DNA from: the human T2T-CHM13v2.0 reference genome, Homo sapiens
NCBI RefSeq assembly: GCF_009914755.1
Contig: NC_060942.1
Length of the DNA stretch: 64,000 nucleotides
Strand: one strand, 5' to 3'
The number at the start of each line of letters is the position of its first letter. Position 1 is the stretch's first letter. Shown one piece after another: positions 44,006 through 56,215 of the stretch. A program made the translations under genes and the position numbers. Below the pieces are notes generated by a model. It searched no databases. It was not told the DNA's origin and saw only the letters and a program-made list of their open reading frames with translations.

Positions 44006-45254
44006 TCTTGAAGACATTACCAGCACACAGCTTTCAAAGGATTTTAGTAAGTTTCTAGGCTTTCAGGAAGTCATTTTGAAGAAAGAATCAAGAATATAAT
44101 TTTGTTTCCATAACTGAAATTTATTTGAGAATGTCATAAGCAATTTTTATTTATACAAATTTTAATAAAAATGATAATTGCCTGAATCTCCAATAAATTT
44201 GATAGATACATGTTTTTAGTTGAAGAAGACGGCTAAATCTTTTTTACCTTGGGCCAATCTTAAAGCAAAAGCGGGAATATGTCAGTGACCATCTCGAAAT
44301 TTTGAACCGAAGAGCCTGACATGGTGAGACAAGGAATTCTGCTTTGCTGGTTCCTACCCAGTCAAGCAGAAGATTGCGTAAGTCCCCCTAAGCACTTGCA
44401 GAGAGAAAGGACATAAAAAATACACACTTCACATGCTACATTATGAAGGGCACGAGGGCAAGTTTTAACCAAACCCGAGGCCCCATGCGGCCTAATTCTT
44501 CTCAGTTTGCCAGTGATGCATGGTGATTGACAATATTGAGAATGTCATGGTTGTTACCTGGAAAGAACACAGCCGGGAAAGAGAGCTTCTGGAAGGTTCG
44601 GTGTGCAGAGTTACACCAGCGATGTTCAGGGGCACACAATACACAACATGTTTGCAGGGAGACAAAGAGGCAGTGATACGACACATTTAGGCAATTGTGA
44701 ATTTTTATAATTAGTGTCACATCTCTTTAGAAGTTTCTCTGAGTAATACAAGGTCAAAACTAAAACAACACCATCAAAATAGAGCTGTAAAAGCATCGTA
44801 AGAAATTTTTTCTAAGGCAATTTATATGGATTTCTCAATACTATTTGAATAAATTGTCATGTCAGCTATATATGTGTGTACATACAGGATTACACAGTCA
44901 AACGCCCACTGCAGTTTAAGATACAGAAGTAAGTGACCTTTCTTACATGTTCAAACCTTAGTGATTTTCAGTGACTCCCTGAACAGAGTAGCAGGGATCC
45001 AGGTTTCTCCCTCGTGGAGCTGTACCATTGTCACCGTGGTTGTCTGGACTCTGCTTCCTTCCTCCCATCTGCGAATGTGCTCATCCAATTAGCCCTGCAA
45101 CACGGCTCTGAGGGTCCCTCCAGCTCCCTCAAAATCACTCTCTATGCACTTCTCCCTACCTGGATGCTTTATTACAACATCGACAGAGACCCTTAATTCT
45201 CCACTAATGCCCCGGAATCTCACCTGTGTGTTTTGTTTTTAATTATTTAAGGCT

Positions 45255-45752
45255 CTTTTTCTATTTTTCGGCTTTATCGAGGTATAATTGGCAAATAAAA
45301 TTTTTATTTAAGGTGTACAACTTGAGGAGATGGAATGCATTGTGAAACAATCACCAAGCTAATCAGTAGATCCATGACCTCACATAGTTATCCGTGTGTG
45401 TGTGTCACCTTCCTGACAAATTTCAAGAATTCTAGACAGTAGTGTTAACTTTAGTCACAATGCTGTACATTAGATCTGCAGGACTTACTTATCCTACATT
45501 ACTAAAGTTTGTATCCTTCAAACAATATCTCCCCGTTTCATTTTCTCCCACCCCACCCCAGGTCCCGGTAACCACTCTTTTACCCTCTATTTCTATGAGT
45601 TTGACTATTTTAGATTCCACATGCAAATGAGACCATGCAGTATTTGGCTTTCTGCATCTGGCTTAATTCACTTAGCACAATGCCTTCCAACTTCAACCGC
45701 ATTGTTGCAAATGGCAAAAATTTCTTATTTTTAAGACTAAATAATATTCCAT

Positions 45753-45768
<16 letters not shown>
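45255..45768 (-). mobile_element. L1MA/L1MB 3' end
   Basis: gctttatcgaggtataattggcaaataaaa...tttaaggtgtacaac...tttagattccacatg...ataatattccattgtg. Confidence 0.88.

Positions 45769-45805
<37 letters not shown>
45753..45805. repeat. (TG)8(TA)18 microsatellite
   Basis: read directly. Confidence 0.93.
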
Positions 45806-45807
<2 letters not shown>

Positions 45808-46558
45808 TATTGAAAATAGACACTTGCAATTTCATGTCTGGTTTTGAGGTCTTTGACAGAGAAAACATACTTTCCTCTATTTACAGAATCTTCATCCATG
45901 CTGAGTATTTTTTTCTGGATCAGTGGTAATACATATTTCTCCTGGTCCATTTTTGGAGTAAAACTACCAGTTATTTGAGATGCCTTTATGCTTTCCAAAA
46001 TGAATTTCACAAAAGTTGTAGAGACTATTTCTGTCCGACTGCCTGATCTGGTCACTGATAATCTTTAAGAATACCAACATGATGAGTCTTGTGGAAGAAA
46101 ACCTCTGACTCTGGAGAGGAGCTGAAATAGCAGAAGCTTCTTTCCTGGCTTCTCCTGTTTGCTAAACAGTAGAAATGGAGGCAGATCCTCTCTCTGGCTG
46201 CATTGCAGACTGTGTGGCAGATGGGACGTGTGTTGCTCACATCTGCTACAAGAGTGCACCTCAGCAACAGGCGTGCCTTGGCGGGGAGCCTCCAGCCGCA
46301 GCCACCCCCAGGTCTGCCCCAGCCTCCCAGGAGAGGATGGTGTTACCCTGGGCAGTTCCAGCCAATGACCGAGCACAGTGGAACATGAGAACCTGGTTAT
46401 TTGTGCGTAACAGGGGAATTCTGTATGAATGAAATTGCAAGTTTCTATTTTCAGTAGAGCTACTTCCTACCTGCACAGCTCAAGGAGAGGCAGGAGGAAC
46501 AAGGAATTATGAATAGACAACGGTTTGTAATTCTCATAAACAATGCTGGGCAGCCTGT

Positions 46559-47616
46559 TACATTAGTTTCTATTGCTGCTATAGAAAATTAACACAAATT
46601 TAACAATTTAAAATAAACTTATTTTTCCATAGTTCTACAGGGCAGAAGCTCGGGTACGAAATGGCTCAGCTAGTTCTTTGTTTAGAGTTCCAAAAGGTGA
46701 AGATGAAGGTGTTAAGAGGGTGATGTTCCTTTCTGGAGGTGTTGAGGGTGAATCTTTTTCAGTCTCATTCCATTTGTTGGCAGAATATGCTTCCACTGCA
46801 AATTCTGGTTGCATGATTGAGGTTCTTAATTCTTTGCTGACTGTTGGCTGGCCACCATTCTCAGTTTGGAGACACTGCCCACATTCCTTGCTCATGACCT
46901 TCTAGCAAGCCAGGAGATGCTGCCCACACTCCTCGCTCAGGGCCTTCTATCAAGCCAAGAGACGCTGCCCACACTCCTCACTCATGACCTTCTATCAAGC
47001 CAGGAGATGCTGCCCACATTCCTCGCTCAGGGCCTTCTATCAAGCCAGGAGACGCTGACCACATTCCTCGCTCAGGGCCTTCTATCAAGCCAGGAGACGC
47101 TGACCACATTCCTCGCTCAGGGCCTTCTATCAAGCCAGGAGACGCTGCCCACATTCCTCGCTCACGGCCTTCTAACAAGCCAGGAGACACTGCCCACATT
47201 CCTCGCTCAGGGCCTTCTGTCAAGCCAGGAGATGCTGACCACATTCCTCGCTCAGGGCCTTCTATCAAGCCAGGAGACACTGCCCACATTCCTCGCTCAG
47301 GGCCTTCTAACAAGCCAGCAGTTGGGGGCTGGGTTCTTCTTCTGCTGCGTTCTTCTTCTGCTGCAGGTTTCTTCGGCCTCTCTCTCTCTCCCACCTCCCT
47401 TTCCTGCTGCATGTGACTGTTTTCCAGGTTTTGAGGGCTCATATGATTACACTGGGCCAACCCACACGTATAATTACTTTATCTTAAAGTCGGATAATTG
47501 GTAACTTAATTGCATCTGCAAAGTCCCTTCACAACAGTACCTGGCTTCATGTTTGATTGAATAACCCGGGATGGGGGTCTTGTGGGGGTGGTATCATTAG
47601 AACTCTGCCTATCATA
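46559..47616 (-). mobile_element. MLT1E-like MaLR LTR containing a minisatellite
   Basis: cattagtttctattgctgcta...ttcctttctggagg...ttgttggcagaat...tgattacactgggcc...ttaattgcatctgcaaagtccctt...ctgcctatcata. Confidence 0.85.
46868..47317. repeat. minisatellite, 10 x 45 bp
   Basis: consensus ggagacgctgcccacattcctcgctcagggccttctatcaagcca; no indels between units. Confidence 0.97.
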
Positions 47617-48925
47617 AGCATGTGGTCCAAACACTACATGAAGCCTTGTGGTCCCACGGATATGATCATTTTGACCTCACAGATAACTTTTTCTGTTCCT
47701 TGTGTACACTCCATCCCCTACACATGCACATACCTCTACACTGAAAATGACTTCAGAGCAAGGGCCATGTGGAACACAATGTGATTCTTCTTCTTTACTC
47801 ACAAAGCTGGTTGCACATTTGCAATATGCAATAAATATCTATTCAATGTAGAGGGAATGATATATATTTTACACAAACTCACACACACACATACACGGAA
47901 CACTCCACATATTCATAGAAATGTGGTATTCCAGGTAAAGTTATGGATTGGGTGGGGCTCCATTCGTCTATGCACCGCCCCCCACCTATACTACATATTC
48001 CGGACTCAGGTAGCCAATAGATCAATTCCTAAATTTACTTGAAACACCCTGGCAAGGTGGTGTTTGTGGACTCTGTGTCTGTCTGGGAAGCTTTTCTTTT
48101 GTGGATTGCTCCCCAGTGGTCGACTTCTACCAAGGACAATTTCTACATCAATCGAGTCCTATCAGAGTTGGGAAAGGAGCTGACATTGTGTGGTACCTCT
48201 GACTGTATTTTTCCCATTCCAAAATAACTTATGGTAATATCTGTCTTTCAATATATGAGAACTGTGCTCTCCTGTTTCTGAATTAATTCAGTATCAGTAT
48301 TGTCAGCCAAGGCGGTAAACCAAGGCAGTGACTAACGGTCCCTGAGCAATATCTGTGCTTCTAGTTCTGCAACATGCCAGAAGCCTTCTCTTTTAGCAGC
48401 TATATGTCGTCCAATAAACCTTGGAGTTTCGCAAATAGAAAACTCTGTGACCCTTCTTAGCTTCCCAGAAGTCACTAGGAATTCTCTCAAGAGAAGAGAG
48501 TGCTCTTATTGCACTGAAAGGCTTCAATCTTTGTGTGTGTTTTTTGTTTGTTTTCCTTTACCCGTTATCAGACACTCTTGTATCTTCTCAGTTTGACAGC
48601 CACTCAGCCCCAAAAGAAGATATAGTTAAAGATTTGTCTCAAAGACAGGATTTCCAGTAAATGAACAAAAACAACAAAGCACAGATGTGGGGCTTGTCAG
48701 CTTTTGAAGAGATCTCATAATTGCTTTCAAAGCAAATATATTCATGATGCTTTATGAGTCATTTACAATAGCCCATGCTATTTCATAAATCATTTTTATT
48801 AAATTATTTACTCCCTTGTTGATTCTAAACTTTTCTTATTAAGACTTGTACTTAATTGGCAAGATTGCAGCACACTTTTATTTCAAAAGCATATTGAAAC
48901 ATTTCAGCAAGAATAGAATAATCTC

Positions 48926-49220
48926 GGCCGGAGGCGGTGGCTCACGCCTGTAATCCTAGCACTTTGGGAGGCTAAGGCGGGCAGATCACCTGAGGTCAGG
49001 GATTCAGGAACAGCCTGGCCAACATGGTGAAACCCTGCCTCTATTAAAAATACAAAAATTAGCCGGGTGCAGTGGTGGGCGTCTGTAGTCCCAGCTCCTC
49101 TGGAGGGTGACGCAGGAGAATCTCATGAACCCGGGAGGCAGAGGTTGCAGTGAGCCGAGATTGCACCACCACACTCCAGCCTGAGTGACACAGCGAGACT
49201 CCGTTAAAAAAAAAAAAAAA
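48926..49220 (+). mobile_element. AluSx-like, full length
   Basis: gatcacctgaggtcagg, two monomers, A tail; gaataat on both flanks. Confidence 0.93.
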
Positions 49221-49259
49221 GGAATAATTCCATTCCTCCCAGTTTCTCCGTCTTACAAT

Positions 49260-51990
49260 TAAAAAACCCTGAACAGAACACAACAACCACAGGAGACTAT
49301 GAAAGAAGAAAAGAATTGCTGAGGTGCCTGAGGATGTGAGGAATGGCACAGGCTGAGTTCTCTGGGTTTCCTAAATATCCCCCACGTATCCCAGACAGGA
49401 CACTGAAGAAGCCTCAAACGCACAAGGGCCAGCAGAGGCAAACATATACAACTCCTAGAAATGTGTGATTCCCTGGCTAAAGGACCAGGAATAGGGCAAC
49501 CTAAGAACAAAACTAATATGTATTAGCAATACCTCCCTACTTCAGCCGAACACCAACAGAAAAAACATAACCTCAGCCCTTGACGTTTCAGCGGGGTGAG
49601 GAGGAGGCTGAACTCCCACACTACCATCTCGCCCCACTGAAGTGGGGGCCAGCATGCTAGACGCTTCGCTGGAGTGATGCTGGTGGCTAAGTATTTAGCT
49701 AATGTTCAATGGAAGATCATGGAAGCAGGCGCTCCTCAGATTCCCACAATAAGATAGTGTCATCAGGGTCCAACTCTGAGCTCAGCCTCCACTTCCACCC
49801 AGGGATTATAGGGCAAGCCGGTGTGAAGCGGGGATCATCAGAGCTCCATGGCTACATCCCCCGCAAGCATTAGAAGGATTGACTGGGAGCTGAGCCCCCA
49901 CTCAACCAGCAGCAACAAGGTAGAATGAGGTGATCAGGGGTGGGACTGGTTGGCACTTTGCTTCTCCCCACTCCTTCCATAGTGTCAGGGCGCCTCATGC
50001 GGGGCTGAGCTTGCGTGCAATCCCACTCGGAAGCAAGGAGGTGGTGTTAGTCAGTGCACCTCTTTCAAAGTAAAAATGTCAGTGGGGCCACAGGCAAAGC
50101 TGGATGTCCACTTCCTCCATGATGGAGGCAGACTGAGTCAGTATCCCACATATGCTGGGGTGGTGCTTTCAGAGCCCAGCAAGAAACAGCAAAAACACAC
50201 ACCTGGGCCTCCAACCACACCTCAACAGGCAGGGAGCGTGATTAGAAAGAAAATTAAGTAGAATCCAGAGTCTGATAAAAAAAAAACTCTATCCAAAATG
50301 TCCAGGACATATTTGAAATTCATTAATTATACTAAGAATCAGGAAAATCACAACTGGAATGAAAACCGACAATCAGCAGATGCCAGCATCAAGATAATGC
50401 AGATATTAGAATTACTCAGCAAAGATTTTAAAACCCGTCATCATAAAGGTGCTTCAAACAAACAATTACAAATTCCATTGAAACAAAAAAAATTAAGAAA
50501 TCTCTGCAAAGAAAAAAATCATAAAGCAGAACCAAAGGGAAATTATAGAACGGAAAAATATAATGGCTAAAAATTCTCACAGAATGAGCTCGACAGTCAG
50601 AGGACAGAATCAATGAACTTAGTGAGAGATTGAGATAACTTACCTAATTTGAACAACAAAGATAAAATAGACTGAAAAGCAGATAAACAATTCCAGAGGC
50701 AGGTGGGACAATAACACATGAATTGATATTCATTTCATCAAAAACCCAGAAGGACAGAAGGACAGAGAAAGTATTTGAAACAATAATGGCAGAAAAATTT
50801 TCAAATTTAGCCAAAGAAACAAATGTATAGATGCAAGAATACCAACTAGAAAAACTCAAATCTTCAAGAATACATATCATAATTAATTTCTGAAAGCTAC
50901 ATAAATAAATAGTCTTGAAAACATCCAGAGGGAAACAACGTATCACACTCAGGGAAACACCAATGTCAGTGGCAGCAGATTTCTCATCTAAAACCAGGGA
51001 GGCCAGGAGGAAATGGCACACTTGTGAATTTCTGTGAGAAAAGAACTATTAAGCACTAATTCTATACCTGAAAAAAACATCCTACAAGACTGAAATGGAA
51101 ATAAAGGCATTCTCAGATAAAGAAAAATTAAATAAATTTGTCACTAGCAGACCTGTGTTAAAGAAGGCTAAAGGAAGTTTATTAAACCTAAAGGAAATGA
51201 CAATGAAGTAGCCTAAAACTTCAGAAGAAAAAAAAAAATATATATATATAGGAATGAGGGCCAGGCATGGTGGCTCATGCCTGAATCTTAGCACTTTGGG
51301 TAGCCATGGTAGGAGGATCTCTTGAGCCCAGGAATTTGAGACCAGCCTGGGCAACATAGGGAGATCCTGCCTCTACAAATAAACAATAAAAACACAGGTG
51401 TAGTGGTGCATGCCTGTGGTCCCAGCTACTCAGGAGACTAAGGTGGGAAGATGACTTGAGCTGGGAAAGTCGAAACAGCAGTGAGCCATAATCATGCTAC
51501 TGCACTTCAGCCTGGGTGACAGAGTGACATCTTGCCTCAAAAAAAAAAAAGTATTAGAATGAATACAGAGATAGAATATTCTCACTCATTTCTTAAATCA
51601 TATTCAATGGTTGAAAGAAAAATTATTACATCATCTGATGAGCTACTCAATGTATGTAGAGAAAATATTTAAAACAATTACATTTAAAAGTGGAGAGGAT
51701 AAAGGGAGCCAAGTGGGTACAAAATTTCTAAACCTCGCCTGAACCAGCAAAATATAAATACTAGTAGACTGTGATAAATTACATATGTATACTGTGATAC
51801 TTAACTAAGAAAACTATGCGAAGCAATATAGTCGAAGACACTATACATAAATCAAGATGGAATTCTAAAAATATTCAAGGAACCACAGAAAGGCTGGAAA
51901 AGAGAAATAATACAGGAAAAAGAAAACGGAGGAAACAAACTAAAAGCAAACAAAAGTAAATATTCAAATGGCAGAATTACATCATAATGA
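49260..51990 (+). mobile_element. old L1M 5' region: GC-richer 5'UTR-like part plus decayed ORF1, interrupted by an AluJ
   Basis: from ~50260 A-rich ORF1-like sequence, including gcagaaaaattttcaaattt and gcagatttctcatctaaaaccagggaggccaggaggaaatgg (ADFSSKTREARRKW, like the L1 ORF1p C-terminal motif); assignment of 49260-50260 as the 5'UTR is inferred. Confidence 0.7.
51259..51550 (+). mobile_element. AluJ, full length
   Basis: ggatctcttgagcccaggaatttgagaccagcctgggcaacatag; flanks tat..gaatga. Confidence 0.92.
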
Positions 51991-52149
51991 ATTAAGCAGA
52001 TTTGGAAGCTCAGAATACCTGGGACATTTGACAAAAGTCAGTGTGGAGGACATTGTTGACAAAAAACAGAAAATAACTGGATGTGGCACAATTAGGTAAA
52101 TTTGTCTTAGATCCCAAAGGGCACCTGATTAACAGACACGTCTTAATTT

Positions 52150-52365
52150 TAGAGTTTTATAACTTAAGCTCAAATGCTGAGCCCCTCATTCATTTACCTG
52201 ATGGGTGACTTTGGACAGCTTTTCCTACTCTGAAACTCAGCCTCTCCGGAAACACATAGTTGTCCATTTCAAGGGTCTTTGTGAGGATTAAATGAGAACT
52301 TGGATAAAGCGCTTGTTACAGTGCCCGGCATACAACACCCCATGAGTGTGGCTTACCATTCTATA
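52150..52365 (+). mobile_element. MIR
   Basis: gtgactttggaca...ctcagcctc...ttgtgaggattaaatgaga...taaagcgctt...acagtgcccggcataca. Confidence 0.85.
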
Positions 52366-52522
52366 GAACAGGGAGAGAACATAGGTTTCAGAGTCTGGTT
52401 GACAGAGAGTTCAACATTTTATGAAATGGCCGAGGGAGGTGATAATCCTGCTCTGCTTAGCACTATTCTAATGTTACCTTGAGTAGTGCATTTGGGGGAG
52501 CTGCTTTTATAGGAACCCAAAC

Positions 52523-52640
52523 CAGTGGTTTACAAAATGTGGTTCCCAGACCAGCAACATCAGCAGCATGTGGACATTTGCTTGGACCACAGATTATCGA
52601 GCCCCACCTACATCTGCTTGAGGTAGGAGGTGGAAGTCAG
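52523..52640 (+). mobile_element. MER5A-like hAT MITE fragment
   Basis: cagtggtttacaaaatgtggttcccagaccagcaacatcagcagca. Confidence 0.7.
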
Positions 52641-52959
52641 CTCTGGACCAGGCAGAAGACTGGCTGAAACACGAAAGAGACTATTGCTATGCAATGTTTT
52701 CTGTTTTACTGAAGAAGCTAAAGTGTGTTACAGCAAAATTGGCTTGGGACTAAATTATTTCAATTAAGGGTAAGATTCAGGTATGTGTTAGATAAAATCT
52801 TATAGCCTACAGCTAACTTTATTTAATTGGAAACTAGCTGCTGTCAGGAGCCTAAAAGAAGAAAGTCTATCAAGATACACACAGTACCATCCAGCTGACT
52901 ACTAGATCAGCAAAAGTCTGATGTAAGACGCACTTCATCCTTATTTAACTCCTTCAATC

Positions 52960-53045
52960 GCTCCCTCTCTCTCTGTCTTCATCTTCTCCTCTCCTCCCCT
53001 CTCCACTTCTCTCCCACTCCTCTCTTACTCCTCTTCCTCTCAGCA
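52960..53045. repeat. CT-rich polypyrimidine tract
   Basis: read directly. Confidence 0.8.
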
Positions 53046-53321
53046 CCCCTGTCTTCTGATTTTCTTTGGAGTCCTATGAGGCCTGCATTCTTGGTTTCAC
53101 CTGTCCCTCGAAACTGAGTAAGTAAAGAAATGACCAAAAGAGCCAAATGTCCTTGACTTTAATTTCTTTTGTTGTCAATATTCTTTATCCCTTCTCTATC
53201 TTCTACGCTTTTAAAAAGCCTGGACAAATAGTGGGAGTAATTTACATGACAAGATGACAAGATATCTCAAAGGGAAGGTGACAAGACTCTGCCTTGATTG
53301 CTTTGTCATAGCTGGCAATCA

Positions 53322-53836
<515 letters not shown>

Positions 53837-54949
53837 TAGTTTCACAGAATCATGAAGCTGGAGGGGACAGAGAACCTTCAGCCATCAACTGGCTGTGTCC
53901 CGTTCAATCAGACAAGGTAATGTCAAACATTTTAGCTTATTACTTTCTTTGACATCCACTAAAGAGGACAGCAGTGACCCAGTTTCTGCAAAAATATTGA
54001 ACAATTCTCCCTAGATGCCAATAAGATTGTTTCCACCCTTGAAACTTCTTGATCTTCAAAATAACTGCTTCTTTTTCTTATAGAAGAAGGGAGGGTATTG
54101 ACAAAACAGAAGACAGCTTTCTTCAGGCTCAAATGCCACAAGAGATTAAGCAATGGCTTCACAATTGTATTTAAGGCTAGGCCAAAAATGACTTGTAAAC
54201 GTATTAAATCTAACATTAACTCATTAGTATATCCTGTTTAATGTGAAATTGTAGAAGATTACACTGCAGAGAGGAATTTGAAGTTACAGTACAAGTGTAA
54301 TTGCCACTCAGTCCCCTGAGAAACCATATCTCCTTGTTGGAGGCTGCCCATGGTAATTAAATGGTGATACACAGTTCTGGTAGCCCAAGGGAAGTTGTCA
54401 GACTTACTTCAGACAGAAAGTACAGGAACAGATAGACCATTACATCCATGTTTGTGTGTATAGATTTGGATATTTTTAGACAACAATATTTAAATATTAT
54501 TCCACAATCTACTGTCTAAGCTCTAAAATATCCCACTAGAACAAAGGAAAAATAAATCACTTCCTAGGCACTACTATCTTATTCAGAACTGTTTTTAAGT
54601 TGAATTTCTAAATATTTTATCTTGTTTTTTGTCTTATGTTGTTTGCTTTTGTTTATAGTTATGAAAGCTCTTTTGGACAATTTGCCTAACCCTTGCCCTA
54701 TCTTATCTGGTTTCAATTATCTTTTCTTTAAATGAAAAATTATTATCATGTCTTCAAAACCTTTGCTATTTCCTCTATATTACTTCTGCTGTTGCTTTAT
54801 CTGTCTAGTTTATTTCTCCTGATAGGCAACCAGTTTCTAGGACTTCTCCAATCCTGCCCACTACAAATCGTCATTGATTCCTTCATTTTTCATATGCTAT
54901 ACAATTGTGAAAAATCCGTTTAAAAGCTTACACCCCTGATTTTACTGAC

Positions 54950-55090
54950 TGTGGAACTTGAAGATCTCATATAGATCCAATCTAATCGTGATTATGCAAA
55001 TGAGGAAACCGAGAGATGGACGGTAACTGATCACAATCTTAAACTATCATGGTAGCCATGTCTGTGACACCCATTCTGTGCATTTGGCAC
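54950..55090 (-). mobile_element. MIR fragment
   Basis: atgcaaatgaggaaaccgagag matches the antisense MIR core. Confidence 0.6.
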
Positions 55091-55219
55091 CATTTGCTCT
55101 GCCTCTTTGGGTCATATTTCTGCCACAGAAGTATACATAAGCCACAAAATTTGGAAAAATTCTACTTTGTACTTCAAACATTTCCTCTCTCCCATTTCTC
55201 CTCCTATGTAGATCATGTC

Positions 55220-55470
55220 TGATAAAATATTCATTTGTTTTACTTTATAAAAATGTTGAAAAGTCATTGGATTCCAGTCCACAGAGTAGGTTCTGGCATA
55301 ACATGATAGACAAATATATATGACCCTCACTGATGGGATTTACAGGGTAGTAGGAGGGTTAATCAAATAATCCCACACAAAAATTTATAATGACAACCAT
55401 TGAAAAGTGCTCTGTAGATAAATATTACCTGTGGTAAAAAGGTAAAATAGGGGAAGCTGTTCTTAAGAAT
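55220..55470 (-). mobile_element. L2 3' end fragment
   Basis: attcatttgttt...aaaatgttga...tgaccctcactgatgggatttacagggtagtagg...aagtgctctg. Confidence 0.55.
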
Positions 55471-55589
55471 TGCCTAAGCTGATGATATTTGACCCTAATT
55501 ACCTAAGCTGATGAGATATGATAGATGAATGGATAGATAGATAAAGATATATATCATATATATATAGTAATAGGATATATATCCTATAT

Positions 55590-56215
55590 ATATATACATC
55601 CTATTACTTCTGTTTCTCTGGAGAACCCTAATACTTTTGTATTAGGGTTTATATATATTAGAAACCTAATACAACTCGTGTGTGTGTGTAATATAATAGA
55701 TAGTAATATCCTATTACTATCTATTTGTATCTATATGGTATAGGGTCATGTAATTATGGAAACTGAAAGGTCCCTCAATCTGCCGTCTGTAAGCTGGAGA
55801 CCTAGGAAAGTGGTTAGTGTAGTTTGAAAGCCTGAGAGCTGGAGGGCTGATGGTATAGACTCTAATCTGAGTGGGAAGGACTAAGAAACAGGACTGCTGA
55901 GGCCAGGAGAAGATGGATGTCTGAGTTCAAGAAGTCAGTGGGGAGAGAGAGGCGGGGAGGGAGAGAGAGAGAGAAAGAGGGAGGGAGGGAGAGAGAATAT
56001 GACTCCTTCCATACTCCACTTTTTTGTTCTATTTAGCTCAACACATTGGATGATGCCTACCTACACTGAGGAAGGCCATCTCTTTACCCAGTTCACCAAT
56101 TCAAACGGCAATCTCTTCCAAAAACACCCTCGCAGACATACTCAGAGATAATCTTTAACAGGTATCTGAGCATCCCATGATCCACTCAAGTTGACACACA
56201 AAATTAACTATGATG
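55590..56215 (-). mobile_element. MLT2 (ERVL) LTR with rearranged 3' end
   Basis: atctgccgtctgtaagctggagacctaggaaag...ttggatgatgcc...aaacaccctcgcagacata...caagttgacacacaaaattaac. Confidence 0.85.

Noticed and set aside
46052-46476. Overlapping ORFs in a GC-richer patch, including ATG ORF 46175-46432
   Set aside because: No recognisable homology or convincing splice structure; multiple open frames are expected from local GC content.
50298-51200. L1 ORF1-like reading frames
   Set aside because: Broken by stops and frameshifts; a dead fossil, recorded only as a mobile element.
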